Positions 39,101-53,487 of a stretch of DNA of 64,000 bases are shown piece after piece. The stretch lies in the NCBI RefSeq assembly GCF_009914755.1, contig NC_060933.1; one strand, written 5' to 3'. Every line of letters starts with the position of its first letter. Positions within the stretch are counted from its first letter, which is position 1. The stretch is from the human T2T-CHM13v2.0 reference genome, Homo sapiens. A program made the position numbers and the translations under genes. Under the pieces are notes generated by a model. The model had not been told where the DNA came from. It saw only the letters and a list, made by a program, of their open reading frames with translations, and made no database searches.

Positions 39101-39629
39101 AGAAAACATCTTAAGTGTGAGAGGTGCATCAGTGTAAAAGAAGTGAGGATTTTGCCCTGATGGTCTCCAAGAATCATGTAATAGATTAGAGTAAGGACAG
39201 TGCAAGGGGTCAAGCTCTGATGCTCTCATCCTCCATTTGCCCAATTGAAAGTTTTGTTTTCTGCTTAGTAAAGAATCTTACTTTTCCTGTCCCTAAGGAA
39301 CTTAAGCATTTTCAGTCCTTTCTAACGAATGACCCAGTAGTGCATTCTATATGATGCTACTGTCTCTCTATTTAACTACTCCGTATGCCTGAGTTCTGAT
39401 TGCTTAATTAATTTACTAACTGTGAAAGAAAGAATAACTTTCATCACTGTCTTCTTCGGGATAGAAGGCAAAAGAAGTTCTAACAAAAAGAACAAAAAGA
39501 TGAAATTATTGATTTTAATTCTGGCATTTAAAAACCATGAAATCTCTAGAACATTCAGGTGACACTCTGTGAAGAAATGGAATCCTGGGTTTTACACCCT
39601 GAACTTGTCAAAGCATTATATAGAGTTTC

Positions 39630-39860
39630 TGGAGAACAGTGTGCTTGGTGTTAATAACCAGGGCCACTTGGGATTGGTGTTTTGTCCCTGCCGTTTGCTC
39701 TAGGTGACCTTGGGATGTATCTCCCTTGGCCTCACTGTTTTTATCCATAGAATTAGGCATGATCCTTTTATCAGAGACTGCTATTCAGGGTGAATTTGAG
39801 GATGGAATGAGCTATTTCCCATATAAATTGTGAGCATTATTTCAATGGAAAGAAATTGTT
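39630..39860 (+). mobile_element. MIR
   Basis: GGTGACCTTGGG..GGCCTCACTGTTTTTATCCATAGAAT..TGAGGATGGAATGAG. Confidence 0.6.
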
Positions 39861-40083
39861 AATACATTCAGGATTATTTGATCCAATAGCAGCCTCCTGT
39901 CCACTGATCTCCACCACTGCTATCAGAGATGTCACTTTGTGCTCATCCATAGTGGGGAGCTCAGAGTTTACTTAATTCCCTGGGGAATAGCAATTAAACC
40001 ATGTTAAAGACTTTCTTTTAAACAAGTTGCTTTAGTGTCAGCCATCCGGAGCTGTGACTATGAGGACAATAGCCTTGTCTCAC

Positions 40084-40102
40084 AGGCCACTAGATGGTGC
40101 CA
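40084..40102 (+). promoter_or_regulatory. CTCF core motif (forward orientation)
   Basis: AGGCCACTAGATGGTGCCA vs consensus TGGCCACYAGRKGGCRCYA, in unique sequence. Confidence 0.65.
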
Positions 40103-40795
40103 GAATTCCTTTCTGGCTCTCCTTCCTCCCCATCCCTGCAATTCCCACCCATTCTGCTTTTGCATCTGCGCAGGCTCCACTGGGGTGGTGATGAATTTGT
40201 TTGCTGGGGAAAACGTTACTCCCTCAGGAATCTTTGGGACAGAAAATGCCTCCTTGTTTTGGAGACTGTGGAACTTTCTCTTTCTTCGGCCTTGCTTTGA
40301 TTTACCTCCCCAAAGCTTCCCACTCTCCCAAAACTCGACTCTTCCAAAAATTTAGAAGAAAAAAAAATGAGAACATTGGTGTATGGGGGTTTTCACATCT
40401 CTGGGAGCCTTAGTCCTGAGGCAAAATCATACAGCACTTCTGTTTGTATACATGATGCATGATGCATGCCAAGCTGCTCCTAATGAAGATATTATCTGCC
40501 TGCCTCTTCCTATCCCTAAGCACCAGGAGAGACTTCTTCCATATTGTCACTGTTTCCTTTCCAGGTGGCCAGAGAAACCCTTCCCAGGATTTTCTCCCTG
40601 TGGGATCTGTAGTCATTAGTTAGGCCAAGTGACTCTTCTCCAAAGAGCAAATCCATTCTTCAAGCAGCTCATCCAAGCCAGCTTTCCCTCTCACTAGTAA
40701 CACGAGATCTCTTTTGCTCTCTCTCATTCAACCACCACAAGATCACAACATTTCACAGATGGCAGGGACAAGGGAGCTTTGCATATCCTCCAGTC

Positions 40796-40967
40796 CAATG
40801 GCTCTTAAACTTTAGCATCAGGATCACCTGGAAGATTTGTTACAACACAGATTGCTGGACCTCACCCCAGAGTTTCTGGTGCAGTAGGTCTGGAGTACAG
40901 CCTGAGAATTTGCAGGTCTCCTGCTGATACTGATGCTGTTGCTCCAAGGACCACATCAAGAACCACT
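40796..40967. mobile_element. MER5A inserted in an antisense MIR (continues to ~41100)
   Basis: CAATGGCTCTTAAACTTTAG..ATCACCTGG..CCCCAGAGTTTCTG..GAACCACT. Confidence 0.85.
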
Positions 40968-41470
40968 CCAATCCTATTGTTTCACAAGTCTGGAAACTGA
41001 GGTTCAGTGAAATTAAATGATTGTTCAAGGTCACAAGGCAAATTGAAATTAGATAGGAGTAGGAATTCAGGAGCCTTTTAAGCAAAAGCTTTTAATGTCC
41101 TCATTCAAATGGGGCTGCTTGAAAATGTTCTTTCTACTCTTTATGGAGAAAGGATTTGTTGAGCAAATTTACAGATGAAATCAGATTGTAGAAGAATTGT
41201 TTAATCTGTAATCACTTAAAATAGAGTTCTATTTTTTTTCAGTTTAAATTAAAGCATGAACTACGAGGAGCCTGTATCTAAGTAAAGGGACTGACCTTTC
41301 AGTGTTACCACTACAGTAATGCTCTTTCTAATGCCCATTGTACTTAGGCAGAATTTCAGGGAAAATTGTTCTACTGTTTGACTCTTTCAGTGATTCATCC
41401 TCAACATTTACCCTATACTACCTTCATCTAAAACAAGAATTCTTCCTTGTAATATCTTGAACATGCTTCA

Positions 41471-41712
41471 TTTTTTTCTTTTCCTTCCTTCCTTCCATCC
41501 TTCCTCCCTCCCTCCCTCCCTCCCTCCCTCCCTCCCTCCTTCCTTCCTTCCTTCCTTCCTTTCTTCCTTCCTTCCTCTTCCTTTCTTCCTTTCTTTTGAG
41601 ACAGGTTCTCACTGTGTTGCTGAGGCTAGTCTCAAACTCATGGGCTCAAGGGATCCTCCTGCCTCAGACTCCTTAGTAGCCGGGACTACAAGCGTGTGTC
41701 GCCGCGCTCAGC
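41471..41712 (-). mobile_element. FLAM-A monomer with tail expanded into (GGAA)n(GGGA)8
   Basis: Body 41598-41712 is a short monomer with AGTAGCCGGGACTACA; tail 41471-41597 is simple repeat. Confidence 0.8.
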
Positions 41713-41835
41713 TGCATTTCCTAATAAAACAAATGGAAATGGAGTAATTTAAGGTTCACTTAAAGGGGTTTATGATAATAACTTTCTCCAAAAGCTCGGT
41801 GAACCCAGCGTTTGTGGTAAGTGCATGTTTCAGGG

Positions 41836-41866
41836 GTGTGTGTGTGTGTGCGCGCGTGTGTGTGTA
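41836..41866. repeat. (GT)n(GC)3(GT)n alternating purine-pyrimidine tract
   Basis: Read directly. Confidence 0.92.
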
Positions 41867-42622
41867 GTTATATCAATAATAACAGTTATAGTTATGGATT
41901 TATTTATACTTATACCTTATATTTGGGCCAATGGGTACTGGTTCTCAAGTAGTTCTAATAATAATATAAAGTTCCATTTCAAATGCACTGTCTAAACAAT
42001 GGGGGTCAAATAAATAAAATATTATCAAATAAACAATAGGAGATGGTTTGCAAATGACAACAAACTCAATCAGCTAATATTTGAATGAGGAAGCTTTGGT
42101 AAATACTATGCCAATGACTGAAATAATTCAATTCTGCAACTGCAGCAAGTATATTTTAATTTTTGAAGATGTCCAAGTAGTCTAGTCTCTACTGAATGAC
42201 CTTGCGTGGAAATGATGGAAATGTCCCTAAGGATTAGATGACTTTGAAACCCTGACTAGTCTTGTGAGTTTTGATTTTTCTCACCATTCCATTAATCTGT
42301 CAAGTCATGTCAACCTCCAAGATTTTGGATACAGTCTTCTATTTTTGGAGGGAACCCTAGATTCTGTGACTACAAGTCTTTCCTTTGCTTAAAGTTCAGT
42401 CCATGTCTCATGAAACATTCCCTGAAATCCTCATTCCCACTTGTCCTCCTCTGCTCTGTACTCTTTCAGTTTCTATGCTCTGAAACATCCATAGTCTGAC
42501 TGATTCTGCCAACATTGATTGAGTACTTAACAATGTTTGAAATTCTGGCATTTGAGAATTTAACCTGCCATCAGATAGGTTCACACACTGGACAGGGAGG
42601 CAGATTTGCAAATCAATGACAC

Positions 42623-42998
42623 TGTTATGGGCTGAATTATGTACCCCTAAAGTTCATATGTTCAAGTCCTAACACTCAGTACTTCAGAATGTGACTGTAT
42701 TTGGAGATAGGCACTTTAAAGAGGTAAAATGAGGTCTCAGGAGTGGGCTCCAATTCAATATCAATGGTGTCTTTATAAAAAAAGGAGATGAGGATATAGA
42801 CATAGAGGGAAGACCATGTGAAGACACAGGAAAATGAGGCCATCTATAAGCCAAGGACAGAGGACTCAGAGGAAAACTAATCTACCAACACCTCATTTTT
42901 GGACTTCTAGTTTCCAGAAATGTAAGAAAATACATTTCTGTTGTTTAAGCCACATTGTCTGTGATATTTTGTTATGGCAACCATAGCCAAGTAATGCG
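42623..42998 (+). mobile_element. MLT1B solo LTR
   Basis: TGTTATGGGCTGAATT..CAGAATGTGACTGTATTTGGAGATAGG..TTTGTTATGGCA; TSD GACAC/GGCAC. Confidence 0.9.
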
Positions 42999-43759
42999 GG
43001 CACTAAGGTATGAATGTTAAGCAAGGAAAATCAATGGAAAATATTTTCAGAGAGCAGGAGTTCTAAGTTATTCTCTCCAAAATGAAGTCAAGTTCATGAG
43101 GCATGCATTAGGGAAGGGCATTCTTAAAAGTGAAGCATAAAATAATCAGTTGCTGTTCTATCCAATAGAAGTACCTGCTTCAGTGCACAGTGTAGAAAGA
43201 TGTTCGTTCATTGAAGCATTATTTATAAAGTAAAAATGGAAATATGATAAAAGTGTCTCAATGGAGAAGAGTTAAGGAAAATGAATAAATCCATTGAAAA
43301 TTACATGGAAGAACTCAGGATATGTTTCCTGTCTGCCCTTAAGTGTCCTATAATCTATAGAGAAAAGTGCTTAAATTTTTCCAGGTGACTTTGGGTATTT
43401 AAAATCAACCAACAGCATAAACATGCACACAAATAATTCTTATTAGAAAATTTTAAATTAAAGCTTACACTGATTATTGTAGTGATGGCTTGAAGATGAA
43501 ATAAGAGGACTTCAACAGAAGTTGCTGTGATGAATAACAGACTATACTATATTTTCATCTGCATAATAAAGACATTTGAACAGTGAATATTAAAACATAC
43601 AGTCAATGCAGTCTACTGTTAAAACAATAAATGTGTAACGGTTGAAAGCACAGATAGAGTCAGATTCTAAGTTTGGCTCTTTTGGGGTCTACTAAACTAT
43701 TCTGAGATTCTTATCTCTAATTTGTAAAATGAGGACAATTTAAGTATATTATTTTCTAA

Positions 43760-45250
43760 ATATAAAAATAAACATCTTTATTTTTCATAATTTTAAATGC
43801 ACATGGACATATTTTTAAAAAATAGCCCTTTTTCTCACTTATCAAGAAATAAGCACTCATAAAATTTTTTATATACTTCCTTTCAACCTTGTTAATACAC
43901 ATACAATACAAATTTGTATATATTACAAATTTGGTATCATTCTGCATTTTCAAATTTGCACTGTTTTGTCACCTCATATTACATAGTGACTATTTTCTTA
44001 TGCTATTAAATATTCCTTGTAAACATAATTTTAATGGCTCTATGACATTCCATAGTATGGATTTATCATAATTTATTTAATCATTCTCCTCATTTTGGAC
44101 ATTTGGCTTTCTTCCAGTTGTCACCATTAAGGGTTATATTGCAATGAACCTCTTGGCACATAGAGTCATAAAGGGAATTTATAATTTAATAGTATCCACT
44201 AATTTGTAAGACCTCTGATATATATTGCCAAGGTGTTTTTAAGAAATACGGTACAATTTATACTCCTACTATATTTTTCAGCTTTAGCTAGGTTATGCTG
44301 CAATAAAAACAACATCAACATTTCAGAGGGTTCAACAAACAAATCTGATATCTTGCTCCCAGTATCCCTTTACTGTGGGTCACTTGCAGCTCTTGTTCAT
44401 CTGTTTCCTTCATTCTGGAATCCAGGCTAAAGCAGCAGTTTTATCTGGGACATGTTCTTCTTAAGATAGAGGGACAAGATTAATGGCACTGTGACATGAT
44501 TGCTCTTAAAGCTGCTGTTCAGGTGAGGCATCTGTCATTCTGCTCACATCCTACTGGCTAAAGCAAATCACATGGCCAAGCCTGATGTAATAAGGTGGGC
44601 AGCATAATCCTCCCTCAGGGAAGGGCCCAACCACAGGCCCTATACAATGGAGCTAATAGAGGGGGGAAGCAAATATTTCAAATCAATAATATATCTACTA
44701 ACACCATAATAAGTTTAATTTTCCCACAGTTTCACAAATGCTGAGATTTTTTTTTAATTTTTATGTTTGAATATTTGATAGGAGAAAATGGTAACCTACT
44801 TTACTTAATTGCATTGCTTTACTTGTGAGGTCAGAGCATTTTCATGTTTTTGTGCCATTTGGTTTGGTTTATTCAAGTTCACTACTTTTTTCTATTCTAT
44901 TTTTTGTTTTTGAATAAATTATGTTTTTTTAATTAAGAACATGAAATCTTAACCATCAAGGTTAGTGTATTTTTTTTCTGATTGCACCTTAAACTTATTT
45001 ATTTAGTTGTTGATAAATGGCATATTAAAATTTATCTGCAGTTAAATTGATCATTTTTTGCCAACTTTTTTTCCTGCTTTCTGCTTAGAAATTGCTTCTT
45101 CTTCCTAATATAAAATACATTCATATGTATCCTTTCTTTTACAATTTTTCCCTTAACTCTTTAACTCAATTCAGACTGCTTTGCAGTTAAAGTATGAGGT
45201 AAGGATAAAACCAGATCTTCCAGTAGTGAGCCAGCATATAAGTTATGCCA
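43760..45250 (-). mobile_element. L1ME-like 3' fragments split by an MLT1
   Basis: CATAATTTATTTAATCATTCTCC..GGACATTTGG..TTCCCACAGTTTCACAAATGCTG. Confidence 0.65.
44271..44703 (-). mobile_element. MLT1 (I/J2-like) LTR
   Basis: GCTAGGTTATGCTGCAATAA..CTGCTCACATCCTACTGGCTAAAGCAAATCACATGGCCAAGCC. Confidence 0.8.
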
Positions 45251-45299
45251 TCCTGTATCTATCATTTTCTCACTTGCCTTTTTTAATTGGAAACAGAAG

Positions 45300-45480
45300 C
45301 ACAGAGCAGAAAGCATACAGAATAGGGGGTCTGAAATAGCTTTGAGACTAAATTGTTGAATGACTTTGGGAAATTCAGATAACTTTTCTGGTTCCCTATC
45401 ACTTTATCTATAAAATGAAAGCATTGGATCACAGGTAGCCTTTTTATCCCCAAATGTCTTTGGCTCTTCTGTGGATCTGG
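45300..45480 (+). mobile_element. MIR3
   Basis: TGACTTTGGGAAATTCAGATAACTTTTCTGG..TATCTATAAAATGAAAGCATTGGA. Confidence 0.65.
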
Positions 45481-47589
45481 CATATTTTTATTACACATCC
45501 TACCACTGCCCACTCCTGTGGCCATGGCGGACATCACTACTATAACAGGTCATTTGTTTTTTCTTTCTCAGTCTTTCTTGTCCTTGTAATAATCCAAGAA
45601 GTTGCTGAATAAGTATGTCAATTATGACTTACCAGTAATGCTCTAAGATGACAGAGCTGTTGTAGATTCCTAATCCAAATATCTGTTCTTAGGTAATTCT
45701 GCTTATTCTATTCAGAAATTGGCTACTTATCATGCACTTTAAGGTTTATTTTGATTCTACTAATATCCAACATTCTAATCCAACTGTCCTTCATTGGCCC
45801 TGTACTAATTTTTTATCTATATTTTAAAGATTTGCTCAGATCACTGTGAGGCCATGAGGTGTGTATGGTTAAACATATTTTCAGTATTTTTGGTCTAAAC
45901 CAGTTGGATTTTGCTATAACATATAGCATTAGTGTTCTTATTATAATATCAGTTCATTTTGGCTCAAATAAAAACAGTACAAAATTTAAAAGAGACAGTC
46001 TGTCAGAGTTAGAAAGAACTTCATATTATGTATTCTAAACCCATTCTATTCACAGAATAATCTTCTATAGTTCAGATATATCAACAAGCTCGCATGAGTC
46101 TCATAATATAAACCAGAAACTTAGAGGCATCAAGATTCTTGAATCCAATTCAAGGACCAAACACTAATACATACATCCTTTAAAGTCTCCTATGGTAATA
46201 AGCTTCACTGGCAAAGAGAGAGTGCTTTTAACTCACTTCTTTCATGTCTGAGGTCTGAAATCATAACTACTCAAATTTTCAGCAGTATTTCAGCTTTGTG
46301 TCATTTTGTATTCAGCCATATTATATTTTTTAGCCCATGCTTTCTCTATATTTATAGACTGTATGTTAGTGACTGAAGATAAACCCCATAGTAGCCACTC
46401 TTTTTTCCTGGTAACAGTATGTACAATCTATTTAATTTTTTTAAAAAAAAAACAATCTACTAACCCATTGCTGGTAGATACAGTTCTGCAATTCACTTTA
46501 TATTTATTCATGGCTATGGGTGTAGATGTAATATACTCAGAGATTACAAGAAAAATGTGGGAGAAGCTCCTTATAGAAAAAATACTAAAATATTAAAATG
46601 TTATTTATCATATTGATACTAATAATATCTCCTCTGTATTTTGATCCTTCTACCTTCTGACACAAGAAAAGCACAATCTTGGTGTTGGGTTGAAAGGGAG
46701 TACAGAAAGCTATGGTAATGTCAGTATCTACCCATTTTTTGTGGTCTCTCTTTCCTTTTGAGTCAGATTTACACTTTGAGTTACCCGTTAATAAAGATCT
46801 TGCTACCACTGGACTCTGTTTCATTGTAAATTACCTTGGAACCCAGTATATTTTCAATTATTCTGTGGTGTAATGGACTAGGACAAGCTATTTCAATATC
46901 TTTTGTTGATAAGTCAAAAAACCAAAAATAAACAAAAAAAAAACTAGTCAAAGATTTTGCAGGTTGGTAGTGACAGAGTAGAAACCATTACTCAGATCTT
47001 TAGACTTTCAAATTGAGTGCTTCTCAATATATTAAACCCCTTCTACAAAGTTAATCATAGCTCCTTCCATCCACATCGAGTCCCGGAGCCATGAATATTC
47101 CCCATTAGTTGGCCAAGAGGAGAAATGAAACATTTACTTTTTGTTTTCAATTGCTAGTGGCAAAAGGATATTGATGTGGTTGAGATGAAGCATTAAAATC
47201 AAAATTATGTAGGAAATAAAAAGGCAGCATAAATTAGAAGCATTTGCTTCCCTTGTGGTTTAAAAAGAGTTAGCATTACACCAGCCTCATATAACATTCT
47301 AGGGGTGGGTTTATGGATGTATTGGGCAATATATCAAACACAGCATTAAAGACCAATGAGTTAGATATGGCAAAAGGCCACTGCAGAGAAAATAAATGGT
47401 CATCAATAGAGGCTGTTCTTGTGGAAGATTGAATTTTTTTTTTTTTCTGAAAGATAGTAAGGTAGGACATGTACAATAACAGTGTTCAAGTTAGGAAGGA
47501 TACATTGTTATGTTCTCTTCTGATGATTTCATTAATTTAGAAGTTTAAGGTTATGTCACCTACCCGACATCATGGAGTGAGCCGATAAC

Positions 47590-48435
<846 letters not shown>

Positions 48436-48702
48436 GTTTAGAAAAGCACCCAGCATATTGTAAGTGCTCTGCCAGTGTTAATTGTTACGATAGTAAATTA
48501 TTGCTATCACTATTAATATTTCATAGCATATAATTCTGAAGATTTATATATTTGAAGAGTACATATCAATTCTAAAGATTCATAATTTTAATTTTTTGTT
48601 ATTAATTGGAGTGTAGTTTTTGATAGGTTAGAGAAAGAAGACCAAAAAGATTAGTAATAAAGTGAGAAACTGGGTTCTTTGATTGTGGCCTTTATAAGCT
48701 GT

Positions 48703-49136
48703 TGCTATACTTTGGACATAATTAGTTTGTCCCCACCAAAACTCATGTTGAAATTTAATCCTCAATATGGCACTGTTGGGAGGTGGAGCTAAGTAGGAGG
48801 TGTTTGGGTTATGGGGACAAAGCCCTCATGAATGTCTTGGTGCTGTTCTCACTCTTGAGAGACTGTGTTAGTCCTTGCAGGAATGAATTCATTCCCATGA
48901 GGGTAGGTTGTTGTAAAGCCAGAACACCCCTCAGGTTTTCCCCTCTTTGTAGGTGTCCATTTCCCCTTGGACTTTCTCTACCATGTTGTGATGCAGCACA
49001 AAAGCCCTCACCAGAAGCCAAGTCCATGCTCTTGAACTTCTCAGCCTGCAGAACCATGAGCCAAATAAATATATTTTCCTTATAAGGTACCCAGTCTCAG
49101 GTATTCTCTTACAGCAACACAAAACAGACTAATCTA
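48703..49136 (+). mobile_element. MSTB-type solo LTR
   Basis: TGCTATA..CCCCACCAAAACTCATGTTGAAATTTAATCC..TACCCAGTCTCAGGTATTC..AACAGACTAA. Confidence 0.88.
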
Positions 49137-49373
49137 GTTATAAATCTTCCCTTAACATAGTAGGAAAATGTAAGGAGTATAATAATGTTTTATATGTATT
49201 TGGACATGGATTGGAAGGTGAATGAGTAAAATATACAAATAACTATAATACATGCTGTAAAACAACAAAAAAGATCACAGGAAAAATTCAGAAATAATTA
49301 TATGATAGTTTAGGGGTTTTGACATTTCATAGAATGAGGAAAGGCTTTAAAGGAGGAAGGTCATTGTAAGACA

Positions 49374-49694
49374 TTTTTCGTTTTTTTTTTTGTTTTTATT
49401 TTTGTTTTTTTTGAGACAGGGTCTCACTCTGTCACCAAGACTGGAGTGCAGTCATGCGATCACACCTCACTGCCGCCTCCACCTCCTCAGCTCAGCTGAT
49501 CCTTCTCCCTCAGACTCCCCAGAATGTGGGTCTATAGGCACACACTACCACCTACCACTAAGTTTTGTATTTTTTGTAGAGACAGAATTTCATCATGTTT
49601 CTTAGGCTGGTTTTGAACTCCTAGGCTCAAAGAATCCACCTGCCTCAGCTTCCCAAAGTGCCGGGATAACAGGCATGAGCCACTGCTTCTGGCT
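49374..49694 (-). mobile_element. AluJ (Jo-like) full-length
   Basis: GAGACAGGGTCTCAC, AACTCCTAGGCTCAA; highly diverged. Confidence 0.92.
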
Positions 49695-50279
49695 TTAGCA
49701 AATGCTTTAAAAATAATTAGATTGTATATAACATAGAAAGGAAGTTACATGTGGAGGAAACAGAAAGAGTTAAAATGTGATGAGAAATCAAAGGGCATCT
49801 CCATAACACAGAGAAAACCATTGTTTCATTTGTCTGGAACATGGGCTAAAGGCGTGAAGTCTGAAGTTTATTCTTCACGCAATGTAGAATCATTGAAAGT
49901 GAAGAATAGTCTGATTGAGGACAACTCATCAGACAGTTTTTACACATCAAACTAGGGAAGTAAGGCAATGGACACAGGGAGATCAGTTAGGTGGTAATTG
50001 TAGGAGGTACCTGAGATTCAATGAGATCTAAAAAGAGATGTGTCAAGAATTAACATAGCTTATTTTAAAGATACAGTTTACAGCCTGGGGCACCTGAATG
50101 AGTGTGGGTACTGAGGAAGAGGCATTATCTAAATACTTTTTCTCCTGGAGTTAAATGAGTTGAATTTAGTAGGCAGTCTTTATTTTCTTACACCATTTAA
50201 TCAAAACAATTTTGTTAGTGACAACATTGGTCTAGTTACTATAAAATTTCAGTGTGGTGAACGTGAAGAACATCCAATT

Positions 50280-51780
50280 TATGCCCTATTTCTCTGTTCT
50301 TGTAGGAGAAGATATCCTCAGTAAAAGTTGTTTACATGTATCTTAGATTCTTCTCCTCTCATTTCCTCTTAAACTCAGGCTAGGGTAGTCTTTGCCTCCA
50401 TCATTTGATTAAAACTCTTTGTGTCAAGGTCGCCAATAACGTCCATATTACCAAAACCAGTGGTCAATTCTCAGTTCTCAACCTACCTGTTTTTCACAGG
50501 TATTTGACTCAGTTTATTTTTCTGCTTTTTCACATTATTTTCTCTCAGCTTCCTTTATCCCTCTGCTAATTTTTCTCTGGCTTCACTGGTTACAACTTCA
50601 TAACTTATTTTCGTGGTTCTATGTCTTCTTCCTGATAGCGGGCTCAGTCCTTGACTTTTCCTTCTGTATTGCCACCCCTTTCCTGGTGATCACATTTAAA
50701 CACTTGGATTAATCTTGGTACTCTCTTGATGCTGAAGATGTCAAAATGTATATTTTTATCTTAGATTTTTCTCCTGACATCAGAACCATGTATCCATCTG
50801 CCTAGTCAATCTGTCCATATAGATGTAGAATTGACATTTCAAATCAACGTGTCCAAAACTGAACTACTCTTTTCCCCTAAATCTGCTACTTCCACCTGCT
50901 TTCCCATCTAAGTTAGATATCTCTTTCCTTGGATTGATGCTTGGTTTCTCTCTTTCTCTTAAACCATCACATTCCATAACTACATTACAAATCCCAATGG
51001 CTCTATCATCAAAATATATTTAAAATCCACCTATTATTTTGGTCTGCTTCCCAGTCATCTCTCACCTGGATGACAGCACTAGCCTGCTATGTTTGCCTAC
51101 CCTTTCTCCCTCCTCTTCCCCACAACACCAATCTAATTTTGCTACAATTCAAGAATAATTATTTTAAAATGCAAGTCATATTGTATCACTTCATTGTACA
51201 ACATGATGCATTGGTTCCACATTTCACTCACTGCAAAAACCCAAGTCCTTACAATCATCTGCAAGGCACCATTCAATCTGTCCACCATCATCAACGTGTT
51301 ACTGCTTTGAGATAATATTTTATCATTTTCACTATTTTATTATTGCTCTTTTTTTTTCCTCTAGGCTGCCTGGTCTTTAAGCTATTTAGAAACACACCAA
51401 GCACAGTCTTAATTTAGGATCTTTGCCTAGAAATCTCTCTCCATTGATATTGGCAAGTATGAATCTCTCACCTTTTCACGTCTAATGAAATGTCACCTCC
51501 TCAAATATCCATCTGTCCTGTTTCTCTTATTGAAAATTACAGACTGCCTCTTCTCCTCCAATACTGGCTACTATATTACCCTCTTCTCCTTTTGTTTCAT
51601 TCCCTAGGTTCTCTTGTGGCAAATTATATACCTTTATAAATATATGCACATATAAGTATTATTCATTATGGTTATCACCTGTCTCTCCCTATTAGAACAT
51701 ATCCTTCATGAGGACAGCGATCTACGTCTTTTTGTCCCTAGAAGAATCCCTGGCACAGAGTAGATACTTGACAAATGAAA
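50280..51780 (+). mobile_element. L2 LINE, ~1.5 kb 3' region
   Basis: GTCAAGGTCGCCAATAAC..CAGTGGTCAATTCTCAG..AACGTGTCCAAAACTGAACT..TAGAACATATCCTTCATGAGGACAG. Confidence 0.85.
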
Positions 51781-52529
51781 TCACAGCTCTGTGGGGTGAC
51801 AGATACATCAATGTAGTGTGTACAGCTATGATCAAGTACTGCTGTAACAAAGAAGGAGAAAATATGCTCCTTTCTTGGGTAAAAAATCTTCTTCAGAAAA
51901 TAGGCATATCTGGGTGAATTATGAAAGTATCAATTTTGAGAACTTGATTGTTGAATTTTAATAAGGATGAAAAATCTCTTATCTTTACATCTATCCTATA
52001 ATGGAGTTTCTGGTGAAGAATAGCAGAAATGTTAAAGATTTTTCTATCACATGGGAGTACAAAACTTGAGATCCAAATAAGCCCACTTGTATTAAACTTT
52101 AAATCAACATAGATGTTTTCCAGACCTACCTGCAAAAATCCTACTAATTCTCGAAGGTTCAGCTCCAATGTAAGATACTCCAAGAAGCCCTACTTACCTC
52201 CCAATAATCAGAAATAAGCACTTTCTTTTTCAATTATTGGCTGACGTCCAATTCTCTATTCTAAATTATAAGCTCATTGTGAATATAGAACTCTAGACCT
52301 ATTTTTGTGTTCCCTACAATTCATTAAAAAGGTGCCTGCATAGAGTTGAAGATAAGAGGTTACACTAAATTATTTCTTAAAACTCTTCTAAACCATATAG
52401 TATATTGGAATATCTCAATCCAGTTCCATTGATATATCCAATTTTCTTGTACTGCCATAGGGCATACAGAAATTGAACCTATGAATTTGGTTTTATAGGC
52501 CCCTTCAACCGAGGAGAAGAAAGGGAAAA

Positions 52530-52750
52530 ATCGTTCAACACCTCTTATGTTCCAGGAAACGCGTTAGGGATTTTTACATACGTTATCTCATGCAATGTTC
52601 AAAATAGCACCATTATGCAGGCATAATTGTCCTTTTTTGTTTTGCAAATGAGAAAACTGAGTCTCATAAATGTTAAATAACATCTTGAAGGTCACACATC
52701 CTGTAAGTGACAGAGCTAGAATTCTAACTCAGTTGTGTATTATTCCACTA
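52530..52750 (-). mobile_element. MIR
   Basis: TTTTGCAAATGAGAAAACTGAGTCTCA..AAGGTCACACATCCTGTAAGTGACAGAGCTAGAATTC. Confidence 0.85.
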
Positions 52751-53487
52751 AATCACCATCCACATGGAAAAGGAAATGAACAAATGAGAAATGATAGCAA
52801 ATTCAAAATGTTGAAAAACCAAAGGGGATGCAATAAAATAGATATGATGAATGTTACACTGGGGCATAGTTTGTGGAACTAATTCCACAGTGCCATAAAC
52901 AATGGGTTCTGGGAAGAGTTCACACTAAAACTTACAAGACAAGGAACTATTCTTGACTCTATCTTGAGTAAAACACTGGTGTCGTCAGAGGCATTAAAAG
53001 AGGTTACAATGCTAAGGCAGGATGATGGTCATATAATTAAGTTTGGCATCTTTACTGGAGATCACATCAGTTACTTTTGGCCCAATGAATTAAATAAAAT
53101 AGAGTAAGTTAGAAACTGCTGAAGGGAAAGTTAGAAATTTAAAATCTATAGAATCCGAAAGAAACTGGTTTAAGAATTATGAGAAATCTCAAAGTTTTGT
53201 CAGTTACAGAACAATCAAAAAGCAGGAGCTAAGAGGGTGATAACAAAACTAAACTGGCTAGATGCAGAAATAGAACTTGATTTAGGTCAAGAAAGTCTAT
53301 TTTAGACATTTAACATTAGTATATGTAATTTCAATGATGACTAATCTATTTAAGTGACTATAATATAAAAAAAGAAAATAAAAGAATATTAACTTATAAA
53401 TATCTGAAATAAGCCTTATGCCTCATTAAATACCAGCAACAGCCCTACATATCCTATAGTTATATAATATGGGAAATTAGATGGCAC

